64,000 nucleotides of DNA. Origin: Prasinococcaceae sp. CCMP 1430 (lineage: Eukaryota > Plantae > Prasinodermophyta). Each line of letters begins with the position of its first letter. Position 1 is the first letter of the stretch. The stretch covers positions 42,854 through 106,853 of the forward strand of contig RQSC01000974.1 in NCBI GenBank assembly GCA_013416795.1, written 5' to 3'. The position numbers and the translations under genes are program-made. Of this stretch, positions 23,365 to 34,117 are shown one piece after another. The notes below the pieces were generated by a model. It saw only the letters and a list, made by a program, of their open reading frames with translations. It made no database searches and was not told the DNA's origin.

Positions 23365-23865
23365 ATGGCGGAGCAGTCAGAAACCCTGAAGGCGCTCCAG
23401 GCGCACCGCGCGGGCGACGCGGAGGCGACGCGCGGCGCGTGCCGTAAGTGCGGGCAGGTCGGCCACCTGTCTTTCCAGTGCCGCAACTTCATCAAGCTCG
23501 AGGCGACCGACGGCGCAGCGCCGGCGCCCGCGCCCGCGCCTGTCGACTCGCTGTCGTCTCTCTCGGACGGAAAAGATGGGGACACCGACAGCGATGCGGG
23601 GGGTGGGGCGCGGGGCGAGCGCGGGAGGGACCGCGCGGAGCGCTCCCCGCGGCGCGAGGACAGCGAGGAGCGCCGGCGACGACGTCGCGCGAGAAAGGAG
23701 CGCAGACGCGAGCGCGAGCACCGGGAGGAGCGCAGGCGCCAGCGCAGGAAAGACGAGAAGCGGCGCAGAGAGAGGGATCGGCGGGAGCGCCGCGACCGTT
23801 CGCGCAGCCCGCGTGCGGACAGGGGCCGCCGTCGAAGCAGGAGTCGCGAGCGCGATGCTCGCTGA
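23365..23865 (+). CDS. Zinc-knuckle Arg-rich splicing-associated protein (SREK1IP1/CXIP4-like)
   Basis: RGACRKCGQVGHLSFQCRNF followed by an acidic/Ser patch and an R/E/RS-rich tail. Confidence 0.8.
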   Translation: MAEQSETLKALQAHRAGDAEATRGACRKCGQVGHLSFQCRNFIKLEATDGAAPAPAPAPVDSLSSLSDGKDGDTDSDAGGGARGERGRDRAERSPRREDSEERRRRRRARKERRREREHREERRRQRRKDEKRRRERDRRERRDRSRSPRADRGRRRSRSRERDAR

Positions 23866-24138
23866 GAAAGAGCGTGCTCGTGCTCCTAGCCGCTGCGCAC
23901 GCGAGGTGAAGCGGATCTGCCTGCGTGGCTGGCCCTTCGGACCGCGCCAGCCGCAGCGTGTCCTGATAGGCGGCTGTGGCGCGAGAACGAGAGGCACTGA
24001 CAAAAGATAATAGTAACTGGGCACCTATGGCCATATAGCACAATTCACACCGTGGTGGAGCGACGCGCAACTGGGGAGGGCGCTCGTGTGTACTAAGCCG
24101 TGTTTGGTCAGCGGCTCGCGCAGCCACAGCCAGTCAGA

Positions 24139-25128
24139 TCAGCCCTGCGGGCCGACGCCGAGCTGGCCAACGTCCAGCAAAGAACCGGCGTCCATCTGCC
24201 GGTCGAGCGCGAGAAGATTCTCTGTGGATGGCGACGCATCAAGGCCCTGCAGAAGTAGCGTCGTGTCCTCGCCGTTCGCATCGATGTGGTTGCTCAGATC
24301 GGCGCTCAGGTCGCTCAGACTGAAGGCGCGCGGCATGTTTCCGATGTCGCTGTTCACACGCTGCATGTCGACAGGCGGGTCGAATGTTCCGGGGCTGCCA
24401 ATGCCCAGGAAGTCGCCGAAGCCGCCTCCCATCTGTGGCGAGTGCATGCCCGCGCCGCCCGCGTTGAAGGACCCCGCGGGCGGGCCCATGCTTCCGCCCT
24501 GCATCATCGCGTCGGACCCCCACCCCTGCTGCTGCTGCTGCTGTTGCATGCCCATGCCTCCCATGCCACCCTGCCAACCGCCGTTGTAAGGCATGCCGCC
24601 ACCCTGGCTCATGTGGCCATTGCCGCCGTTCATGCCGCTGCCCTGCGCCTGCCCCCAGCCACCGCCAGGGCTGCCCACCATGCCGCCGCCACCGCCGCCG
24701 CCCTCGGGGCCCATCTGATTGTACATGCCTGACTGCTGCATCCCACCCATCATCCCGCCGCCCATGGGCCCGGGCCCCATCCGCATTTGCGACGAGCGGC
24801 TGCCGCCCCAGCCCCAGCCGAGCTTCTGCATGAGCTGACCCTGCTGCTCAAGCAGGTGGTTGAAGAGGATGATCTGATCCTTCACGCGCAGGCGCGTGTG
24901 GTAGGCCTTGAAGAACTCGGGGTTTTGCTCCTCGAGCTTCTGCCACACGAGTTTAGTGAAGCCGGGCTCGACCTTGGCCTGGAACTGCAAGGTGTGGATG
25001 ACCTCCGGCTGGTTCATGTACAGCTGCAGGCACCGCTCGACGAGGTTCTGCACCAGCTGAATGTCCTCACACGAAATCTTGCGCGCATCTGCGCCGCTGC
25101 TGGCCGTCGTTTTCTTGCTACCCCCACT
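24139..25128 (-). CDS. Plant-type A_thal_3526 (TIGR01589-like) family protein; first exon unresolved (candidate ATG 25323)
   Basis: IQLVQNLVERCLQLYMNQPEVIHTL...VEPGFTKLVWQKLEEQNPEFFKAY; Gly/Met/Gln-rich middle; PRAFSLSDL C-terminal motif. Confidence 0.85.
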   Translation of the reverse strand, partial: SGGSKKTTASSGADARKISCEDIQLVQNLVERCLQLYMNQPEVIHTLQFQAKVEPGFTKLVWQKLEEQNPEFFKAYHTRLRVKDQIILFNHLLEQQGQLMQKLGWGWGGSRSSQMRMGPGPMGGGMMGGMQQSGMYNQMGPEGGGGGGGMVGSPGGGWGQAQGSGMNGGNGHMSQGGGMPYNGGWQGGMGGMGMQQQQQQQGWGSDAMMQGGSMGPPAGSFNAGGAGMHSPQMGGGFGDFLGIGSPGTFDPPVDMQRVNSDIGNMPRAFSLSDLSADLSNHIDANGEDTTLLLQGLDASPSTENLLALDRQMDAGSLLDVGQLGVGPQG

Positions 25129-26242
25129 CTGTCGGACGAGGACGGCAGACGAGGTCAACGCGGGGTGGGAAGAGCGCGCGGCGCAGGCGGTGCGGTGCGA
25201 GGAAGGGTGGGGGCACGCAGCGCACGCGCCGCGGAGCGCGAGTCAGCACCAGCCTGCGGCCCACCGTCGGTTTCAGCCCATACGATCGTGCCGGAGCGGC
25301 CTAGTTTCAGCCTCACCGGCCATCAGCGCGCGCCGGGCACCCGCTGCCGCCGCCTGTCGCGGCGCGGGCCACCCGCCACGCATGCCCTCGTGCTGCGCCG
25401 GCTCGCCTCCACCTGTGCGTTCGTGGCACTTCAAAAAAAAAAAAAGGCGTTCGCGCACGCGCACGCGACGCCCGCGCGAGCCAGAGCCGCGGCGCGAGCA
25501 GGTGCTGCGCGGCGCGGGACCGAGGGGGTGGTGGGCCACGCGATCGCCTCAACCCGACTCGCCTCACCAGCCTCCGGCGCGCGCGCCTCAGCGCGCGGTT
25601 GGGTGCCTCCGAGCGCCGCGCGCGCGCGCTGGCGTTCCCCTTTTTTTTTTTGCCTTTTTTTTTGCGCGCGAGAAACAGCCGCGCTGGAGCAGGCGCGCGC
25701 AGAAAGCCTCTGAAAACCCTCGCCGGCGGCACGGCGCGGCGCGGCGGCGCCCGCGCGNNNNNNNNNNNNNNNNNNNNNNNNNNNNNNNNNNNNNNNNNNN
25801 NNNNNNNNNNNNNNNNNNNNNNNNNNNNNNNNNNNNNNNNNNNNNNNNNNNNNNNNNNNNNNNNNNNNNNNNNNNNNNNNNNNNNNNNNNNNNNNNNNNN
25901 NNNNNNNNNNNNNNNNNNNNNNNNNNNNNNNNNNNNNNNNNNNNNCGCGCGCCCGCGCGGGATCCGGGTCCCGCGCGCGCGCGCGCCATTGAGGTTTTCC
26001 GCAATCAGGGTCCACAATTCGGGCGCGCCGCGCATGCGGAGTGATGCGCGATCCACCGATCCGCCCGCCGCGCCGCGCCCGGATCGTCGCCGCGCCCCGC
26101 GCATGCGCAGGTCTTTGCGGCGCAGGCCCGCGCGCGCGGATTTTGATTTAGATTTTTGCGCGGAGATCGGCCGGATCTGCGCACGCGTGTCAGAGTCAGA
26201 TCCAGGCACATGCGCTGTGCTGGACTGTACAGCGAGGTCTCC

Positions 26243-26356
26243 AAAAAAAAAAATCGTCGACCTCGCCAGGCGAATTCGCGCCCGCCTAAAAGTAGTCCCG
26301 GCGCGCGCCGCTCGGCCAGGGCGCGCGCAGATTTACCCCGGCTACTCATCGAGACT
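26243..26356 (+). repeat. Dispersed intergenic repeat, copy A
   Basis: Shares an identical 26-nt block (26301-26326 = 39451-39476) and 17-nt block (26340-26356 = 39488-39504) with copy B, with similar sequence between and upstream. Confidence 0.85.
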
Positions 26357-26909
26357 CTTCGCACCGACGCCGGGACAGTATCTGCCCCTCAGTTAGGGTT
26401 GACGGGAAATTTTCATCAAAAAGCGCGCGTTCATATAAAAAAGGGTTTCGGTTTTGCCCCACCGCACCGTACCCCAAAAGGCAAAAACGAAGGAGGAACG
26501 CTCTTCATCGACGGAAAGGAGCGCGCCAAAAAAAAAAAAAAAAGGGCCGGCGTCGGCTGGCTGAAATGCGCGCCCCCGACCTGCACCCGCGTATTTCACA
26601 TTGGGAGCGCCGACGAATCACCTTCCGCACATTGCAAACGTGATCAATTAGACGAAGTAAAAGTGCAGAGCGCGCTTCGAAATTGGGGGTCATTGCGATG
26701 AAGAAAGTGGCCGTTGGGGCGAAGGTTCCCGTTGTTGCGAAGGGTGGGGAGCGAGGAGCGCGGCGTTCGAACGGGCGCGCGCGCGGGGGCGCGCGGGTGT
26801 GCGGGCGGGCGCGCGCGGGGGCGGCCAACGGGGGGCGGCGGCTGCCACACGCCGAGCGGAGGCGGCGCGCATTTCCCTCCCCTTCCCCTCCCCCATCCCC
26901 CCCCCCNAG

Positions 26910-29900
26910 GTGTTCGCCGCGTGCTATGCGATCGTCGGTCGCTTCGATGAGCTCGAGCCGCACTCCAAGGCGCGCGTGCTCGACGCGCTCTCGTCGAACC
27001 TCGCCGTCCTCAACGCGGGCGCGGCGACCACGCTCGCCTCGAGCACGTCGCACATGGACGAGGACGTCGCGGCGCACCGCTGCGCGCTCAAGTGCTACGT
27101 CTTCCTCCTCCACCACCTCGCCGCCGAGCAGTGGGCGACCGTCGGCGCGGCCGCCGCCGCCGCCGCGGCCGTCGCCGCGCCGAGGGGCGCCAAGAAGGCC
27201 AAGAAGAAGGCCGCCACCGGCGAGTGGGAGTGGGAGGCGCAGTGCGACAAGGTGCTGCGCCCGCTCGCGGGCGCGGTGGACCTCAATTTCGACCGCATGT
27301 TCGCGGCGGGGCAGATCGAGGACGCCTTCGTGATGCTCTTCACCAAGACGGCCGTCGCAGCGCTTGAGCAGCCCGCGGTGGCGCGCCTCGCGGCGTGCCG
27401 CGCCGCCTCGCAGCACGTGCTCGCCAGCGCCGCGGTGCGCCTGGGACAGCGCGACGGCGTCGTCAACGCGCTCATGCAGACGCTGCACCGCCACGAGCAC
27501 ATGCCCCCCATCGTCGCAGGCATCTGCGCGCACGGCGCCGCGGCGCTGGGAGACACGGGGCTCGCCCTCGAGGCGCTGCAGGAGGTGAGCACCACCCCGC
27601 AGACCGACTTCGTCCGCGACGCCGCCGCGGCCAAGCACGTCGGCCTCTTCCTCACCGAGCTCGCAGACACCATGCCCAAGCTCGTGGGCACCAACCTCGC
27701 GCTGCTGCTTCCGCACTTCGGCTGCGAGGCGTACGGGCTCCGCTCCGGCCTCGTGCAGATGGTGGGCCAGCTCGTGATCCACATCCAGGTCATCTTCGGC
27801 GACGGCGCGTCGGCCAAGCAGGAGGAGGTGCGCGTCAAGTCCAAGCAGGCGCTCCTCGACCTCCTGATCGACCGCGCGCGCGACTCCAACGCCTTCGCGC
27901 GCGCGCAGTGCCTCCGCACCTGGGCGATGCTCTGCGAGGCGGAGGCGCTCCCCATCGGCCACTGGCAGCTTGTCACCGAGATGGCGATCGGCCGGGTGAG
28001 CGACAAGGCGTCGGTGGTGCGCCGCGCCGCCATGCAGCTGGTCGGCACGCTCCTCACCTACAACCCGTTCGGGCCTTCGCTCCCAGTCGAGAGCCTGGAG
28101 GGCTCGCTCCAGTCGTACGCGGAGCGCCTCGAAGCCGAGGAGGCCAAGATCGCCGAGACCACGCCGGACGAGGACGACGCCGACGAGGCCGTGCGTGGCC
28201 TGCACGAGGCCATCGAGGAGGCCAAGTCCAGCGACGACGAGGAAGAGGCGCAGGTGGGTGGCAAAGGCGCCGACCAGCTGGCGGCGATGCGCGCGCTCGT
28301 GGCGTCGCTCCGCACCGCCGTGAGCTTCGCCACCTCGCTGCGCGACGCGCTGCCGGCGGTGGTGGGCATTCTGCGCACCGGCACCACCCTCGACCAGGTC
28401 GAGGCCGTCAGCACGCTCATCCTCATGCAACAGTTCACCGTCGATGGCTCTGACGTCTCGGTGAAGGAAGCACTTCCGCTCATCTTCTCGCGCGAGCCCT
28501 CGGTGCGAGACGCGGTCATGGACGCAGCGACCACGCTCTACGTGCCGCAGGGCCTGGACTCGCAGGCCGCCGTGCTTCTGTCGAAGTTCGTTGCGACCGC
28601 CACCCTCGGTGAGCTCGCCTCGATGGAAGAGATCCTGGCGCAGATGATCCGCACCGAGCGCTTCCCCGAGAGGATCGCGTCCTCGCTCTGGGACATGGTG
28701 CGGTCCACGCAGCTCTCTGCCTCTGAGCGATCCGCCGCCCTTGGCGTCATCGGCATGATCGCGGGCGAGATGCCCGAGACTGTGAACATCGACCTGGTCG
28801 TCGAGGTTGCACTCGGGCCCCTCGCGCGGAAGGACGCCCTTCTGGCGCGCCGCGGCGCGCTGGTGCTCGAGCGCGCTGCCGCCGGCGACGCCGCGAGCGG
28901 CCTTGCCGCCGACCACGCCGCCTTCGGCGCTCTCTCCGCCATCATAGCCGGGGAGCCCGCCGCGCACCTGAGCGATGCGGCGTGGTACCCGGCCTGTGAG
29001 CAGTCCCTCGCGGCCGTGTACGCGCTCCACCAGTCGCCCGAAACGCTCATCGCTGGCCTGATCACGACCATGGCCGCGGACGTCTTCGGTGAGGACGGTG
29101 CGTCGCTGGCGTCGGTGTCGACGCGCGCGCTCGCGCGCTTCCTTTTCGTGCTCGCCCACGGCGGCCTCCGCCATCTGGTGTTCGTGGAGGACACCGCCAA
29201 GGTGGTCCGGCGCGAGATGCTGGCGCGGGAAAAGGCCGAGGAGGAGCTGGCCGAGAAAGAGGGGCGTAAGCTGCCGTCCAAAGCAGAGACCGGCGCGCCT
29301 ACGGTCGACGCCATCATCGACCAAGTTCGCGAGGGCATCGACTCCGAAATGATGGCGGCCACGCCTGGCCAGGTCAACCTCATGGGCATGTTCGCGCCGT
29401 TGGTGGTGCATGTGGTGACCACGCCCGCGCTCATGGCGGCGGATCCATCGCTGCGCTCCTCAGCCATGCTCTGCCTGGCCAAGATGATGGCCATCGACGG
29501 CGACTTCTGCGAGGCGCACATGGCCACCTTGTGCAACACCATGCAGAACTCTAAGGAGGAGAGCGTGCGTTCCAACTGCATCGTGGCCATCGGTGACCTT
29601 GCGATGCGCTTCCCGAACGTGCTCGAGCCGTGGACCTCGCGGGTGTACGCGTGCCTGCGCGACCCCACGCTCGCGGTGCGCAAGAACGCCCTGCTGGTCC
29701 TCACGCACCTCATCCTCAACGACATGATGAAGGTCAAGGGCCTCATCTCCGACATGGCTGAGCGCCTGGAGGACGAGTCGCCGCGCGTGGTTGGCCTCGC
29801 GCGCCTCTTCTTCTCCGAGCTCGCCGCCAAGTCGAACTCGCCCGTGTACAACCTCATGCCGGACATGATCAGCCGCCTGAGTACCAACGATCAGCTGAGC

Positions 29901-30530
29901 GACGATGCCTTCCGCCGCATCATGAAGTTCCTGGTTGCGTTCCTAGACAAGGACCGCCACGCCGAGGGGCTCAGCGATAAGCTCTGCTCGCGTTTCGCCA
30001 ATGCGCGCGAGCCGCGCGTGTGGCGCAACCTGGCCTACGTGCTCAGCCAGCTCGCCCTCACCGAGAAGGCTGTCAAGCGCATGGCCGACCAGTTCAAGAA
30101 CTACGCCGAGGCGCTGCTCGACCCGGAGGTGGCCGAGCTTTTCAAGGCGGCGCTCGGCAGGGCGCGCCGCTTCGCTTCGAGCGACAAGAAGAGCGCCGTC
30201 GAGGAGCTCGAGGAGCGGATCGCCAGCCACATCGCACAGGACGCTGGCGTTGACCTTGAGCAGGAGCAGGAGGGCGGTGAGCAAGCCGAGGCCGCCGCAG
30301 ACGCTGCGGACGCGGGCGCCGAGGCCGATGAGGGTGAGGCGAAGGAGGTGGAAATGGACAAAGAGGTTGAGGGCGCAGAGGAGAGCGCTGAGGACGAGCC
30401 ACCCAAGGCCGCAAAAGCGAGGAGTCGCGCGAGCAGCAAGGCGAAGACGGGACCCAAGGAGGAGAGGGCGGCGGCTGCGCCCAAGCGACGCACGAGTAGA
30501 CGGGCGCTGGCGGAGAACCAGGCGGCGTGA
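26910..30530 (+). CDS. NCAPD2: Condensin I subunit CAP-D2 (Cnd1); N-terminal exon not located
   Basis: HEAT-repeat protein with LDALSSNLAVL, DKASVVRRAAMQL, VRSNCIVAIGDLAMRFPNVLEPWT, NALLVLTHLILNDMMKVKG, YNLMPDMISRLS. Acceptor ..nag| at 26909. Confidence 0.93.
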   Translation: MFAACYAIVGRFDELEPHSKARVLDALSSNLAVLNAGAATTLASSTSHMDEDVAAHRCALKCYVFLLHHLAAEQWATVGAAAAAAAAVAAPRGAKKAKKKAATGEWEWEAQCDKVLRPLAGAVDLNFDRMFAAGQIEDAFVMLFTKTAVAALEQPAVARLAACRAASQHVLASAAVRLGQRDGVVNALMQTLHRHEHMPPIVAGICAHGAAALGDTGLALEALQEVSTTPQTDFVRDAAAAKHVGLFLTELADTMPKLVGTNLALLLPHFGCEAYGLRSGLVQMVGQLVIHIQVIFGDGASAKQEEVRVKSKQALLDLLIDRARDSNAFARAQCLRTWAMLCEAEALPIGHWQLVTEMAIGRVSDKASVVRRAAMQLVGTLLTYNPFGPSLPVESLEGSLQSYAERLEAEEAKIAETTPDEDDADEAVRGLHEAIEEAKSSDDEEEAQVGGKGADQLAAMRALVASLRTAVSFATSLRDALPAVVGILRTGTTLDQVEAVSTLILMQQFTVDGSDVSVKEALPLIFSREPSVRDAVMDAATTLYVPQGLDSQAAVLLSKFVATATLGELASMEEILAQMIRTERFPERIASSLWDMVRSTQLSASERSAALGVIGMIAGEMPETVNIDLVVEVALGPLARKDALLARRGALVLERAAAGDAASGLAADHAAFGALSAIIAGEPAAHLSDAAWYPACEQSLAAVYALHQSPETLIAGLITTMAADVFGEDGASLASVSTRALARFLFVLAHGGLRHLVFVEDTAKVVRREMLAREKAEEELAEKEGRKLPSKAETGAPTVDAIIDQVREGIDSEMMAATPGQVNLMGMFAPLVVHVVTTPALMAADPSLRSSAMLCLAKMMAIDGDFCEAHMATLCNTMQNSKEESVRSNCIVAIGDLAMRFPNVLEPWTSRVYACLRDPTLAVRKNALLVLTHLILNDMMKVKGLISDMAERLEDESPRVVGLARLFFSELAAKSNSPVYNLMPDMISRLSTNDQLSDDAFRRIMKFLVAFLDKDRHAEGLSDKLCSRFANAREPRVWRNLAYVLSQLALTEKAVKRMADQFKNYAEALLDPEVAELFKAALGRARRFASSDKKSAVEELEERIASHIAQDAGVDLEQEQEGGEQAEAAADAADAGAEADEGEAKEVEMDKEVEGAEESAEDEPPKAAKARSRASSKAKTGPKEERAAAAPKRRTSRRALAENQAA

Positions 30531-30741
30531 GCGTGTGCGCCCGTGCGCGCCGCCCGACGTAGCTAGGTCCACGTCCGGAGATGGGGACGCCCGCTTGGTA
30601 AGGCACAGCAGCACAAACGCGTGCGTGCGTGCTTCTTATGTGTGCACATGCACTGGCCCACGCGCGTTATCGGCGATCTTCCCCGATCCGGCGGCGGCGA
30701 TTTTCTCCAGCCCGGCGCTGTGCGCCACTGAAAGTGAGGCG

Positions 30742-32001
30742 TCAGCAAACGCCATCCCTGGGTAGCCACGTCGGCCAAGGCGGCAGCGCGAGCGGAAGAG
30801 GCGCATCTTCGGATCGTTCGAGGTTGTGCGCTCTCCCTGCGTGCCACAAAGTTCGCCCGCCGCCGTGGCCACCACCGCACGGTCGGACGCGACCTCCTGG
30901 AAGCGAGCGGAGAACTTTGCTCACCATCGCCGCCTCCGCCTCCTTGCCGGGAAGCTCATGGAAGCGCACTTCCACTGCCGTGCCGCCTTGTGTTGGCAGG
31001 TGGTCGGCCATGCGACGGGCTATCGCTGCCAGCGCTTGCGCCGGGTCGCCCCTGCGCACAACAAGCCCGCCTCCACGCGCTCTCAAGTCCGCGCGCAGCG
31101 CTTCTACACCCTCGACCTCAATGTCACCTCCGTCCTCCACAACCAACACGCTCACCAACGCACAGACACGCGGACGGCCACGGTCGCTGCCTAGGTCAGC
31201 GTACAGAGCGTTGTCTTCGCATGAGCCAAGCGGACTTCGATGCCACGCGAGCACTGCTCTCGACGGCAGCGGTGACTGCGGGAGTGTCATTGTGGCCTCT
31301 GATTCGTGTGTTGCGGCCGCCGCCTCGGCCCCTTCGCTCGCCAGCGAGCGGAAGACAAGAGACGCACGCGGCGCAGTCGTGCGCGGCGCCTCTGCCGCCA
31401 ACACAGCGTGCCTCCACACATCCGCCGCCGTGCCGTCGACGACCAGCGCGGATCTGGGCTCCAACACAAGCTCCTTGTACGCGCCCCCGTCGGATTCGTC
31501 TCTCACGCCTCCCTGGCCGTCGGCCACAAGCGCCTCGCCAAAGGCCACACGCGCCGCCGCGGGCCCCAGGCTAACGACCGCGAACGGCCTGGCGAAGGCG
31601 CGCGAGTCGATGTGCGGCGGAAGCCAGTTGCTGCCTTCGTACATGTTAACGGAGCACGCCGTCGGGTGGGAGGGAAGGAGGCCTCTGGCGTGCAGCGCCT
31701 CCGCAATGTCCGCCATCGCCGGCGGCAAGGAAGGCATGCCGCGCGCCTCCACGCGGTTGGCGTGCACGCGCGCACCGTAGCACAGCTGCTCGCGCCCCTG
31801 CCCCCTCCGTGCCATCGCCGGCGGCGGCGGCGCGTAGCACCCCGACGGAAGGCCGCCCGCACGGCCCGCACACAGGGCGGCGCTCGCCTCGGCACTCGCA
31901 CGCTCGCATAGCGCGGCGCTAAGGAACTCCTCCACCAGCAGCAGCCCCTCTGGGCCGGGCTGGCGGAAGGGCTGGCCGCCGGCGACGACGCCCACGCCCA
32001 T
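30742..32001 (-). CDS. AlkB-family 2OG-Fe(II) dioxygenase fused to a C-terminal photolyase/cryptochrome N-terminal-like domain
   Basis: ATG 32001 (ggccATGG). VNMYEGSNWLPPHID...WRHAV...RASLVFR gives the HxD..H..R core. It is followed by VLAWHRSPL...DNAL...GVEALRADLRARGGGLVVRRGDP...RTLWH. Confidence 0.75.
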   Translation of the reverse strand: MGVGVVAGGQPFRQPGPEGLLLVEEFLSAALCERASAEASAALCAGRAGGLPSGCYAPPPPAMARRGQGREQLCYGARVHANRVEARGMPSLPPAMADIAEALHARGLLPSHPTACSVNMYEGSNWLPPHIDSRAFARPFAVVSLGPAAARVAFGEALVADGQGGVRDESDGGAYKELVLEPRSALVVDGTAADVWRHAVLAAEAPRTTAPRASLVFRSLASEGAEAAAATHESEATMTLPQSPLPSRAVLAWHRSPLGSCEDNALYADLGSDRGRPRVCALVSVLVVEDGGDIEVEGVEALRADLRARGGGLVVRRGDPAQALAAIARRMADHLPTQGGTAVEVRFHELPGKEAEAAMVSKVLRSLPGGRVRPCGGGHGGGRTLWHAGRAHNLERSEDAPLPLALPPWPTWLPRDGVC

Positions 32002-32174
32002 GGCCGCGCGCGCGAGGTGCCCGTCGCCCTCCCGCCAGCAAGGCCCTCGAACCTGCCGCCGCGCACGCGCTTGACCAACCCCTCCTCGGTGAGCTCCAGA
32101 GGTCGCAGCGCACGCCGCCGCCCGCCGCAACGCCGCCGCGCGCGCGCGCGCGCGCGAACCCTGATAAACCATCA

Positions 32175-32220
32175 CCCTAATAATGACCCAACCATAACCC
32201 TAAACCCTAACCCTAACCCC
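32175..32220 (+). repeat. Degenerate interstitial telomere-like tract (CCCTAA/CCCTAAA)
   Basis: ccctaa...ccataa ccctaaa ccctaa ccctaa cccc; a related tract lies at 51065-51090. Confidence 0.7.
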
Positions 32221-32617
32221 CAATTTTTTGGCCATGTTTTGGCTCGACACCGGCGTACATCCCAGAAATACTCGGGCCGGCGCCGGGGGGGGGGGGTGAG
32301 CCCGAGTCAGCAGCGCAATGCCGGGGTACAACGCGCGCGCGTGGCGACCTACGGGGGTGCGAGTCTCAGCCCCGGTTGGTACACTGTACCTCCCGGGTGT
32401 GTCGTGGCCGACCGTATTTAAACCGAACGAGTCCCAAGTAAAATTCCATTCCATTTCCACCCCCCAACGCGGGCGCGATTTGTTCGGCGGCGGCGGCGCG
32501 GGAGAGGGAGCAGCGGGCGCGAGCTGCTCCGTGTTGCCGGCACAGGGGGCCCGGCGCCACTGCAGCGGCGCGGCGCGGCAGTTGCGCGACGGCGGCGGCG
32601 GTGCGCGCACCGCCGGC

Positions 32618-33856
32618 ATGGCGCTCACCGCTGCCGCGCTCGCCGCGGGCGCGCGCCGCGCCTTCGGCGGTATGGTGGGCACGCCTCGAGCGCACGTCGC
32701 CGTTGTGCCCGTGGAGGGCGTCATTCAGCCAGGCAGCCGGACGGGCGCATCGCCCAACGCCGACTCGCTGCGGGCGCCACTCGAGCGCGCGTTCTCCACC
32801 AGCGGCGTGAGGGCGGTGTGCTTGATGATAAACTCTCCCGGGGGGTCGCCGGTGCAGGCGAGCCGCCTCTTCCACGAGCTGCGCACGCTGTCTACCTGGC
32901 ACGGCGTGCCTACCTTCGCCTTCGTGCAAGATCTGTGTGCAAGCGGCGCCTATTACGTCGCGTGCGCTTGCGATTCCATCTACGTGGGTACGCCGTCGCT
33001 GCCCCTCAACAACCACCTCAAGCGCAGTCCGATGAGCGCACGGCACTAGTCAGCTGCCGCACGCGCTAACTCTCGCGGCGCGCGCTAACATTCTCTGTCC
33101 CTCACTGACGAGCGACCCTCAGACAGGAGCAGTTTGGTTGGCTCTGTTGGCGTCATCGCCACGCCAGGCTTTGGCTTTGGCTTCGACAAGGTGCTCGAAA
33201 GGCTGGGCGTCGAGAGGCGGCGATACGTGGCGGGCGAGCGCAAGGCCGAGCTCATGGACCCCTTCTCGCCAGCGGAGCCTGAGGCAGTACAGAGGTTGCT
33301 CGAACTGCAGCGCGAGCTGCACGACGTCTTCAAGGACGTCGTGCGCGAGCGACGGGGCCGCGCGCTCGCCGCAGCTGAGACACCTGAGGAGGTGTGGGCT
33401 GACGGTGAGGTCTTCGCCGGGGATCACGCCGTGCGAATCGGCTTGGCAGACGATGTCGGAGGGATGCACGCGACGATGCGCAGTTTTTTTGGTGACGGCA
33501 TTGAGTTTCGCACGTACGAGCGGCGCCCGCCGCGGTTGTCAGACTTCATCGGCGCGTCAGCTGCTGGCGTCAGCAGAGACTTGGAGGACGCACCGGCGCC
33601 AGCACTACCGGCGGGACCGCACCTGTGGGGAGGGGCGCAGCAGGCCGTGGCGCGCGCCTTGGCAGCGGACCACGCGCGCGATGTTTTCTCAGGCGCATCA
33701 GCTGTGACGCTGTGCCTGCCTGTGTCTGCATGCGTGTCGCCTCTGGCACAGCTCGCACATGCTGCGTGCCAGGATGGCATATTAGCGCACTGGGGAGGTG
33801 CGTGGGACTCGCAGTGGGAAGTGTTCGCATCGTCATGGCAAGACACGTACGAGTGA
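32618..33856 (+). CDS. sppA: S49 family signal peptide peptidase (SppA/SohB-like, single domain), probably organelle-targeted
   Basis: Exons 32618-32987 and 33123-33856. INSPGGSPVQAS, DLCASGAYYVAC, D-RSSLVGSVGVI, GERKAELMDPF, VGLADDVG-type motif. C-terminal end less certain. Confidence 0.85.
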
Positions 33857-34117
33857 TGTTTGCCGGCAGTCCCGCCTCCGAGCATCCCGGAGCCTCGAAG
33901 CTTTGCATTAGGCAGTGAATGTATAGTCGCGACGCTTGCACGAGGTGCGGTGCACAGTGCAACGGCGCACGCGAAGCTTCTTCTACAGTAGACTAGTAAG
34001 CGTGGAGCAAGCGAGGTTGCAAAATGCCGTGACACGCCCCACCGCGCAGCCGCAGAAGCAAACCAGGTGGGACTTTGTGCTTTAAACTAGTATTATTAGG
34101 GGTGCCGCCGTCGCTGC

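Noticed and set aside
26521-26530. E2F-like site (TTTGGCGCGC on the - strand) upstream of CAP-D2
   Set aside because: Biologically plausible, but such words are frequent in this CGCG-rich DNA; not distinguishable from background by eye.
26505-29411. 968-aa antisense ORF (also 13537-16011, 44424-46154, 60098-62215, 41571-43223 and many others)
   Set aside because: Shadow ORFs opposite genuine high-GC3 genes; expected at about 70% GC.
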